Source of the DNA: a virus
Lineage: Duplodnaviria > Caudoviricetes
IMG/VR virus record: IMGVR_UViG_3300030010_000013
Span: 1 to 29,865 of that record
DNA length: 29,865 nt
Reading direction: 5' to 3' (one strand)
The position numbers were made by a program, and so were the translations under genes. The notes beneath the pieces are model-generated. The model saw nothing but the letters and a program-made list of their open reading frames with translations, was not told the DNA's origin and made no database searches. Positions 5,928 to 13,474 of this stretch are shown piece by piece. Position 1 is the first letter of the stretch. Every line of letters begins with the position of its first letter.

Positions 5928-6489
5928 TTGTGCCGTCGGACAGCCGCCAGCGGACCCCGCCGGCATGCGTCCGCAGCTTGTCAAGTGAGGCCGGTGAGGT
6001 CCGTGCAACGACAGCCGGGGCCGGTCCGGTCGGCGGGGTCGGATGGAGCTTGTTCCAGACCTCGACGAACGCGCATTCTCCGACCGCGGTTCCTTCCGCT
6101 TCCGCTTGGGCCTCCAGACCGGTCCAATCCGAACTCGCGGCGACGAGCTGGGAGGCAAAGCTCAACGCCAGCTGGAGAAGCTTGGGCCCATCGGTCGTGG
6201 CGCAGTCGACGATGGCTTGTTCGGCGGCGCCGGGGAGCGCCTTGGCAGCCGCGCATCCCATCTGCGTGGTGCCGACCAGGCCGATGAGGAGCAGGATGCC
6301 GGCCGCCTTCACGATCGCGCGGCTCACGCTGTACCCGAGCGATGTTAGCACCGCCGACGCGACGCCCGCAATGCGCATGGCCACGGTCCCATCGCCGATC
6401 ACTCCGGTGGCGAGGAGGGTGCCGAGTAACTTGGCCGCGAGAGCGAGCCAGAATTCCGTAGTTTGCCAGCCTGGTTTCGTTTCATTCAT
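5920..6489 (-). CDS. holin-like membrane protein with an internal lipobox-like segment
   Basis: N-terminal KPGWQTTEFWL followed by two hydrophobic segments, then AAGILLLIGLVGTTQMG-C and a soluble tail; last gene of the late operon. Confidence 0.55.
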   Translation of the reverse strand: MNETKPGWQTTEFWLALAAKLLGTLLATGVIGDGTVAMRIAGVASAVLTSLGYSVSRAIVKAAGILLLIGLVGTTQMGCAAAKALPGAAEQAIVDCATTDGPKLLQLALSFASQLVAASSDWTGLEAQAEAEGTAVGECAFVEVWNKLHPTPPTGPAPAVVARTSPASLDKLRTHAGGVRWRLSDGTIR

Positions 6490-6814
6490 CGGTTGCTCCT
6501 GGTTTTGAAGATCTGTGCCCAGAGGGCACCGTGCGAAGTCTGCGCCGTTCCGAAATCGGATCCCTGCGTTGTGGGATGTGAAGGTCTTCTACCGGCGTTC
6601 GCTCGCGCCACTCGAGCGCGGCGTCTACCTTGGCGTCGAGGCGGATCACCGCTTCTTTTACTCCGTCGACCGAGGCGGCGATGCGATCGAGTGCGGCGAT
6701 CCATCGCTCGGCGATCCGCGAAATGACGCGCCATAGGATGAGCATGGTGACAGCGAGCCCGGTGCCCGTCCCCAGGGCGCTTCCCAGCGCAGACACGAGC
6801 TTGCCGTCGTCCAT
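6482..6814 (-). CDS. single-TM coiled-coil protein, possible lysis accessory (holin/spanin-like)
   Basis: TM segment GLAVTMLILW followed by a heptad-like stretch IAALDRIAASVDGVKEAVIRLDAKVD. Confidence 0.55.
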   Translation of the reverse strand: MDDGKLVSALGSALGTGTGLAVTMLILWRVISRIAERWIAALDRIAASVDGVKEAVIRLDAKVDAALEWRERTPVEDLHIPQRRDPISERRRLRTVPSGHRSSKPGATDE

Positions 6815-6816
6815 AT

Positions 6817-8196
6817 CTACACCGTCGTCCAGCGGTTTACCGGCAGATTGGTAAGGGTGGCGCCAGCGAACGGAAGGTTCTGCTCTTCGAGGCAGCCACC
6901 GAGCAGCGTGTTACCTCCGACTCGGAGATCTCGGGCGACCGGGAGCGACATCGCGATGAGCATCGTAGGCGTCGAGCTGTCGTCGTAGAACACGTTGTCG
7001 AGCACGCTGGCCATGCGCATGATCGCCGGACCATTTCCGGAGAGCGAGACGCCGAATGCTCCCCAGTTCCGGATCCGGTTGCGGTGAACGACCACCGACC
7101 CGAATGGCGCTCCGTCGACGGTCGTGCGCGCGTAGACGCCCGAGGCGTAGAGGTCCTCGACGGCCGCTCCGATGATCAAGTTGTCGACCACCATGATGGT
7201 GCCGACGCACGTTGCATGGACTCCATGCGCTGGGCCTACTCCCGACGTGATGCGGTTGCACTCCACGACGACCCAGTCAGGTTGCTGGCCGGCCCCGGTC
7301 CCGATGATCGCTACCACGGAATCAGCTGGCGTGGCTCCCCCTGGGATGGGAGAGAGCGCCAAATCGTTGTGGCGGATGTCAATCCTATTGCACGTCCGGT
7401 AGACCTGGATCGTCGGCTTGTTGGTGCTGTTGATGCTCTTGTTATGGTGGACCGAGATGTTGTCGCACCAGACCATCTCAAGTGACCCATCGAACTCGTT
7501 GTGGTGGATGTCCCAACCGGTTGAGCGCCAGCCGGATCCGCTACCGGCCACGGTCATCGCGTAGTCCCCCTGGCCAGTTCCGATGGTACACTCCGCGACT
7601 TCGACTCCATCGACGCGGAACCCCGGTCCGGGCTCGGTGTCGAGCTGCTGGACCGCATTCCCGAACAGGCGGCATGCGCTCACCCTACCGCCCGTGGTGC
7701 CGCCCCCGAAGGTCAGCCCGTTGCGGAGGTTGGCGGTGGCCGTGCAGCGCAAGATCTGGGCGTTGTGGGAGCCGATGCTGATGTACAGGCCGTCGCCGGT
7801 GAAGTTGCGCGCTACGACGTCGCGGATTTCGATGCCCACCGCTCCCAGCGCGAACACCCCGGCCCGGTGCTCGTCTGGCGTCTGATTCTGGGTGTTTCCG
7901 TCCAATGTGAGATTGGCGATGACGATCCCCGGCGCGGAAGCCTGCAGCGTGCGCACGTTGGCTCCGATCCCCGGAGCCTGCAGGAGAACGGACGCACCCA
8001 CGGCGCCGTGTCCGACCAGCTGCGTGTTGGCCGGGATGCTCAAGCAAAATGCCCCGGCGCCCTGGGCAAGGGCATAGGTTCCGGACGGAACCCATACGAT
8101 GCCACCGGCGCCCGCGGTGAGGGCGGACTGGAAGGCGAGACGATCATCGGTAACTCCGTCACCGACCGCTCCGAAATCGTGTACGTCAACTGACAT
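6817..8196 (-). CDS. right-handed parallel beta-helix protein (pectate-lyase superfamily), probable tailspike/depolymerase
   Basis: N-terminal VHDFGAVGDGVTDD..AFQ.AL...G..VWVP.GTY, NLTLDGN, and repeated I..N.I beta-helix rungs. Confidence 0.85.
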   Translation of the reverse strand: MSVDVHDFGAVGDGVTDDRLAFQSALTAGAGGIVWVPSGTYALAQGAGAFCLSIPANTQLVGHGAVGASVLLQAPGIGANVRTLQASAPGIVIANLTLDGNTQNQTPDEHRAGVFALGAVGIEIRDVVARNFTGDGLYISIGSHNAQILRCTATANLRNGLTFGGGTTGGRVSACRLFGNAVQQLDTEPGPGFRVDGVEVAECTIGTGQGDYAMTVAGSGSGWRSTGWDIHHNEFDGSLEMVWCDNISVHHNKSINSTNKPTIQVYRTCNRIDIRHNDLALSPIPGGATPADSVVAIIGTGAGQQPDWVVVECNRITSGVGPAHGVHATCVGTIMVVDNLIIGAAVEDLYASGVYARTTVDGAPFGSVVVHRNRIRNWGAFGVSLSGNGPAIMRMASVLDNVFYDDSSTPTMLIAMSLPVARDLRVGGNTLLGGCLEEQNLPFAGATLTNLPVNRWTTV

Positions 8197-8208
8197 GTGC
8201 GGATCCTA

Positions 8209-9012
8209 TCAGGTCCATGGGATAGTCCAGCCGAGAGTTTGCAGGAGGGTCTTGATTTGCGCGTCGGTCAGCTGGGCCGCCGCTCCATTGAACTGGGTAC
8301 GGTAGAGCAGCGACCCGACGAATCCGAAATTGAACCTCGACCTCTTCCCGGTCGTGGCCGCACGAGTTGGTACGAGTTTTTCCTGGTCTGTGTACGCCGC
8401 GCATCGTGCAGCAATCGGGTCGTCGATATACACGAACGGTCGGACCGCACCGGTGGGGTCCAAGGTTCCGGTCACCACCGATCCGCCGCTTACTGCCTGG
8501 AATCGCGGTGTTGTGCTGACGCGTGTGGTGCCTATGTTCGCGGTCCCCATGACGTCGATGTTGCGGATCGCAACTGGGGCGGTGACGATGATCGCGTAGC
8601 TGATGATCAACGTGGCTGCAGTCGCCGGGTCAGGTAGACTCGCAGATGAACTGTCAGCGATGGCTGTCCCGGCATCCGCGCCCGTGACCCCAAGCCTCGA
8701 CCATCCGGTGATGGGTTGCTGGTACAGGATGGGGGTTCCAGACACCGTTCCTGGCAGCGAGTCGATGGAGTCAGCCAGGTTTCCGCTGGCGTCCTGACAG
8801 AGCCAGAGCAGGCCGGGACCGCCACTCCCGATCCCGGCGACGGCCATGACCTGGTTCCACTCGCTGAGCGACGCCGGGACGTATTTCCCTGACGTGGCAT
8901 CGCGCGTTACGGCCGCCAGAGACCCGCCTGGCGCGGCGATCTGGTCGGACGACACGCCCACTGCGTTACCGGCGCGCATCCCGGCGACCGGGCCGACTCG
9001 GGGGCCAATCAT
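8209..9012 (-). CDS. virion protein with a LamG/concanavalin-like domain
   Basis: True start is probably ATG 9012 (MIGPRVGP..., ATGA overlap). LWLCQDASGNLADS...GT.SG...YQQP resembles the N-terminus of phage LamG-like domains. Confidence 0.55.
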   Translation of the reverse strand: MIGPRVGPVAGMRAGNAVGVSSDQIAAPGGSLAAVTRDATSGKYVPASLSEWNQVMAVAGIGSGGPGLLWLCQDASGNLADSIDSLPGTVSGTPILYQQPITGWSRLGVTGADAGTAIADSSSASLPDPATAATLIISYAIIVTAPVAIRNIDVMGTANIGTTRVSTTPRFQAVSGGSVVTGTLDPTGAVRPFVYIDDPIAARCAAYTDQEKLVPTRAATTGKRSRFNFGFVGSLLYRTQFNGAAAQLTDAQIKTLLQTLGWTIPWT

Positions 9013-9503
9013 GCCTTCCCGTGTGGCATGACTCGGATCACGCCTCCGGTGCCGCCGACGACCGCCTTGAGGCGACTCCTGCGACTGCCAAAGTTTCCCA
9101 GGTGGATCATCGCGCCGCCAGCGGTGGTTCCCGCGGTGGTCACGGTCAAGTTGGTCGCGGTCGCGCCGGCCGAGATTGCGACGTACGCCGTGGTCGGGTT
9201 CTCCTGGATCCAGTTCCCTGCGCCGCTGTCGAAGTTGCTCACATCGGCGACGCCGCCCGGACCGCCGAGCCCGCTTGGCATGTTGCTGTCCTCGATGGTG
9301 AGGACCACGACGATCGCAGCATCCCACACGATGTGGATGCTCTCGAGCGGAGCGGATTCACCGCCGAGCGCAAACACGTAGGTCGTGCCGGACGCCAATG
9401 TGACGCCCTTCTGTGCCGGGTCGCCGATGCGTGGCTCGACCTTGGTCCCGGAGGTCAGAATAAAGGCGGGGAGTTCCAGGCCGGTGGGGTGAGCGTAGTT
9501 CAT
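9009..9503 (-). CDS. hypothetical virion protein (beta-rich)
   Basis: 164 aa, G/T/A/V-rich, coupled by ATGA overlaps on both sides. Confidence 0.7.
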   Translation of the reverse strand: MNYAHPTGLELPAFILTSGTKVEPRIGDPAQKGVTLASGTTYVFALGGESAPLESIHIVWDAAIVVVLTIEDSNMPSGLGGPGGVADVSNFDSGAGNWIQENPTTAYVAISAGATATNLTVTTAGTTAGGAMIHLGNFGSRRSRLKAVVGGTGGVIRVMPHGKA

Positions 9504-12500
9504 GGGCGAGCTCCTTGAGTCATCTTGGCGATCGTGGTCGGTGCGCGCAGGGTCGCGCCTGAGGCGGATGGAGGAGGTTGCGGCGGAGCGTAGCCCTGCT
9601 GGGCCCAGGCTGCGTAGGATGGAGTCATCGTCGAATCGAGCGGGACGTCGAACAGCAAGCTGGCTTGCTCCCGGCGCCCATACGGGACCGGGTGATCGAC
9701 ATCGGAAGCCTGCTCAAGTAGGCGCTTCTGCGCCGCCGCGAACAGCGACGGGTAGACGACCTTCAGCGCCTCTGCGGCCTGAGGTGTGACCACGCCTCCG
9801 GAGGCGACCTGTTCGAGTACGGTTGCCGGATCCGTCGCGGCCTGCACGTAGCGGGCGAACTTCGTCATCTCGCCACGGTTTGGCGTGTACGCCGTGCTCC
9901 CAGGGAGGATGCCGGGGGCCTCGAGCGGCTTGGGCATCTTGTCGAGGAGGAACTGGACTTGGCGCTCGAACCCGTCGGCGATCGCGTTGACGATGGTCGG
10001 GTCAGCGGCGCGGATGCGCGCCTGCACGGCCTGGCGGATCGCGCCTGGCTGTGCGGCATCGGCGAGCTCGGCGCTGCGACGCTGATACAACTCGGCGATA
10101 TCTTTCGTGTCACGGTCGACCTTGCCGATGGAACCCGGGTGCGAGCCATCGAACAGCCGGTGCGCCAGGATCGCCGCTGCGCCGCCCGCCGCGGGGGATG
10201 CTGCGGTCGCAGCCTTGCTCGAACCGTGGAGGATGCCGTCCACGGCGGCGAACACCCGTTGCTTGGTCTCCGCCGCCTTTCTGGCGATGGTCGTCTCAGC
10301 GGTCTCGGCGATCCGGCCGCCGAACCGGCCGAAGGTCTTTCCGATGACTCGGGCTCGTAGGTAGACGCTCAACAAGGGGCCGATTACCGGGATGTCGTGA
10401 GGATCTGGGAGTGGGACGCCCATCATCCGCAGGGCCTCGTAGATGGTCCCTGCGTCCGCCAGGTGACCGGATCGCGATGTGGTACCGGTCGATGCGCCAG
10501 CCAGATTCGCCGCGTGCTTGGCGCCGATCTCGTCGCGAAGTCCAGGCTCGCGCACGGTCTTGTCTCCGCGGGCGAACTCCTCGCGAACCTGGCGCCCTAT
10601 GGTCGGATCCCTCACCGTCTTGTCGGCGGCGGCGCGCGCAACCGGGGTTTCCCCGCCGAGCATTGCGTGGCCGGATGCCTTGGTGAGCTGGTCGGCACCG
10701 AGCGCGGTGGCCTGCTGCGTGGCCTGCTCCGCATGGGACTGCGCCGCGCGGAACCCCTCCGCGCGCGCGGCGGCGCCGGATGGGACCTGGATCCCCAGCG
10801 CCTGCGCGAGCTCGGCCAGCCCGGCATGTGCGGACTCGTACCGGCCGATGACGCGCGATGCCTCGTCGATATCCGCGGCGACGTTATCAGGGCGCTGTTT
10901 GAGCGCGTCGGCGATCCGCTCATCAGGAGTCATCGCGCGACGGGACATCATCTCATCTACCGCCTGACCAGCCGCCACCCGCTCCTCTGGCTTCACCTTG
11001 TTGTTGATGCGGAACTCTGCGCTGTTGCGTTCGAGTTCGCTGCCGTGCCATTCGATCTGCCGGCCACGCGCTCCGAGCGCGTTACCCTCGCCGGCCGGTA
11101 CCGACTCGCGCCAGCCAGGGCCTTCGCGGCGGAGTCGGGCGGCGTACTCGCGCGGATCGGTCCTGTTCAGGAGCCCCTGGAGATCTGAGCGCGCCTCGCG
11201 CAGCTCCCCGACCGCAGCGCGCAGCTTGGCTACGGTTGGGTTGCGCGCAGCCAGTTCGGCCTCGACCGGGTCGGGACCGCGTGCCCGCGGTCGCATTCCG
11301 CCCATCGCGCCGAGCTCCTGACCTTGGTCCAGGGCAGACTTCGTCCCTTGTAGCTGCGATAGGAGGTCGCCTCCATGCCCGCCGTCGGGGCGTGACGTCG
11401 GAGCTTCGGGAGACGGTGGCTTCTCATCAACGTAGTCAGGTACGTCAGCAATCTTACCGTCTTCCATGTCGATGAGACGCTTCACAGCTCGGTCCCATCG
11501 CTTGGATGCCTGCTCATACTCAGGTGTCCCGGAAGTGAGCTCGTCGAATTTGGCGCTGAGCAGGTCTTGATGCTCCGACAGCTGGCGCCTGGAGAGCTTG
11601 TCAATAGGCGACTCCAGGGTAACCGACCCACGCTTGACTAACAGGTCGGGAGTGAACTCACCGGGCAGTAACGTGACATGCACCTCACGATATGGAGGAT
11701 ATGTATGAGACGTCCCGTTCTCGAACGTGATCGTAATTGACTTGTCACCGTGAACCACGTGAGACTTCGCGCCTCTCCAGCGAGTCGCCGTCGGGAGCTG
11801 CGGCTTCATTTCGTTGCTGTCGACGCGGAATCGCGACCCCCGTGGGAGAAGCGTCTCGACTTCCGAGCTGAACTTGCTCGGAATCGGAGCGCCGGCCGAA
11901 CCCGCAGGAGTAGCGATGTTTATCACCACGTCCTCGTTGCGAACTTTCGAGTTCGCGTCATGCGACGTCGAAGTGAACGCTGGGTCATCGTACACGTCAC
12001 CTGGCTTGAGCTCGGAGAATCGCTCCTTTGCCCATTTACCGGACAGCCCACGGTACAGCGTCGTGTCTCGCGGGATTCCCGCCTCAGGCATCCGCATCAT
12101 GCTGTCGAGCTGAGCCAAAGCACGGGCATCGGCCCCCTCGAGGTTCTTGCCGGCGCGAAGCGCTCCGTTGATGACCTCGTCACCCCCCTTCGAGTAGTAC
12201 ATGGCGCTGTCGAATTGCTGGCGGCTCATCGCGTGCCCAAACGCCTTTTTGAAGGCCTCGCCCTCGGTATCCGAAAGCGGCCCGGCTGATGTCGACGGCG
12301 TATTGGCGTTGTCGATCTTGCGCTTACCGACACGCGTGCTGTTGAGCTCTCGCGCGCGAGCATCAAGCGCATCGTTCATGGCGTTAGCCGGGTTGGCCGG
12401 TGATGGACCGCCGATTACCTTGGTGTCGATCGGCGGTCGCTTATCGATACGCCCGCCGATTTCCCCGACATCTGGGACATCGAGCCCATGCAGGAGCGTC

Positions 12501-13474
12501 TCGAGCTCCGGGTCGAAGCGGCCCAGGCTGGCCCCTTCGGGGCTGACTTGCGGCGCCTTCAGGTTGCCCAGGAGGCCTTCAAGCTCTACATCATGCGTCG
12601 GGGTCGCGGAGAGCTCGGCGGCGCGCTGCGCGAACGCCGGGTCAGTGGCCAACGCCAAGTTGCGCTGGTCGACGATGGTTTGCTGGGCGCGCTGCATGAG
12701 CGTGTCACCGTCATCCAGCGCCGCACCAAGCTCCTTGGACGCGGCTGCGTGAGCCTCCTCGACGGCCTGCGGGGTGACCTCCTGCGAGGGGAACAACTTG
12801 CGGGCCGGCAAATCGCGCGGGGCGCCGCCGAGCAGCCCGCGCGCCTTCGCCAGGGCCTCTCCGGACAGCGCCAACGCGCCCGACCCGGCTCCGCCCCACA
12901 GCGCCCCCTGTCCCATCGCGCCGACGAACGCATCGGCAGAGAGGTCCCGGTCGCCAAGTGCCACGTCCGCCACGTAGGCGCCGGCGTTTTGCAGCGCTCC
13001 CTCTGCGGCGCCGCTGGCGACGTGGGCGCCGATGCGCGCTACCGTGCTGGCCCCCTCCCCCAGGTCGGCAAGGCCGCTGCCGATTCGGCTCGCGATCCCG
13101 GCGGGGGAGCGCGCGAGCAACGAGCCAGGAGCGGCTCCCAGGAGCGACGGGGCTATCGCGCCTGCGATCTGCCCGGCGGTTCCCAGGGTGCCGTGTTGCG
13201 AGCGCGCCGAGCTGAGCCGCTCAAGCTGGCCCGGGTCAAGCAGCCCGGCGAGCGCCACGTCGGATGCGCCGAGCGTGAGCCCGGACAGCGCGCCGGTGGC
13301 GAGCGAGTTGATGCCGCCGACAATGCCGCTCTGGTCACTCGGCGCCGCCGCCGCGGTGGTCTGAGCAGCCTCCTGCAGGCTTACCGGCTGATAGCCTTGG
13401 ATGACGGCGTGGCCGACCTCGCCCTCGGGGACATTGATGACTTCTCCGGTTCCTGGGTGACGAAGAACGGGCAC
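9500..13474 (-). CDS. large internal virion/ejection protein with an embedded VIP2-like ADP-ribosyltransferase domain
   Basis: 1324 aa. The Ala/Gly-rich N-terminus (GALSGLTLGASD) is typical of podophage ejection proteins. Central motifs YYS.GG...INGALR, TLYRG, FTSTS and EVETLLPRGSRFRV lie at about 12200-11820. Confidence 0.8.
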   Translation of the reverse strand: MPVLRHPGTGEVINVPEGEVGHAVIQGYQPVSLQEAAQTTAAAAPSDQSGIVGGINSLATGALSGLTLGASDVALAGLLDPGQLERLSSARSQHGTLGTAGQIAGAIAPSLLGAAPGSLLARSPAGIASRIGSGLADLGEGASTVARIGAHVASGAAEGALQNAGAYVADVALGDRDLSADAFVGAMGQGALWGGAGSGALALSGEALAKARGLLGGAPRDLPARKLFPSQEVTPQAVEEAHAAASKELGAALDDGDTLMQRAQQTIVDQRNLALATDPAFAQRAAELSATPTHDVELEGLLGNLKAPQVSPEGASLGRFDPELETLLHGLDVPDVGEIGGRIDKRPPIDTKVIGGPSPANPANAMNDALDARARELNSTRVGKRKIDNANTPSTSAGPLSDTEGEAFKKAFGHAMSRQQFDSAMYYSKGGDEVINGALRAGKNLEGADARALAQLDSMMRMPEAGIPRDTTLYRGLSGKWAKERFSELKPGDVYDDPAFTSTSHDANSKVRNEDVVINIATPAGSAGAPIPSKFSSEVETLLPRGSRFRVDSNEMKPQLPTATRWRGAKSHVVHGDKSITITFENGTSHTYPPYREVHVTLLPGEFTPDLLVKRGSVTLESPIDKLSRRQLSEHQDLLSAKFDELTSGTPEYEQASKRWDRAVKRLIDMEDGKIADVPDYVDEKPPSPEAPTSRPDGGHGGDLLSQLQGTKSALDQGQELGAMGGMRPRARGPDPVEAELAARNPTVAKLRAAVGELREARSDLQGLLNRTDPREYAARLRREGPGWRESVPAGEGNALGARGRQIEWHGSELERNSAEFRINNKVKPEERVAAGQAVDEMMSRRAMTPDERIADALKQRPDNVAADIDEASRVIGRYESAHAGLAELAQALGIQVPSGAAARAEGFRAAQSHAEQATQQATALGADQLTKASGHAMLGGETPVARAAADKTVRDPTIGRQVREEFARGDKTVREPGLRDEIGAKHAANLAGASTGTTSRSGHLADAGTIYEALRMMGVPLPDPHDIPVIGPLLSVYLRARVIGKTFGRFGGRIAETAETTIARKAAETKQRVFAAVDGILHGSSKAATAASPAAGGAAAILAHRLFDGSHPGSIGKVDRDTKDIAELYQRRSAELADAAQPGAIRQAVQARIRAADPTIVNAIADGFERQVQFLLDKMPKPLEAPGILPGSTAYTPNRGEMTKFARYVQAATDPATVLEQVASGGVVTPQAAEALKVVYPSLFAAAQKRLLEQASDVDHPVPYGRREQASLLFDVPLDSTMTPSYAAWAQQGYAPPQPPPSASGATLRAPTTIAKMTQGARP

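Noticed and set aside
9500-13474. Tape measure protein
   Set aside because: No tail tube, terminator or tail chaperone genes; the context (adaptor, nozzle, three consecutive helical proteins) fits podovirus ejection proteins.
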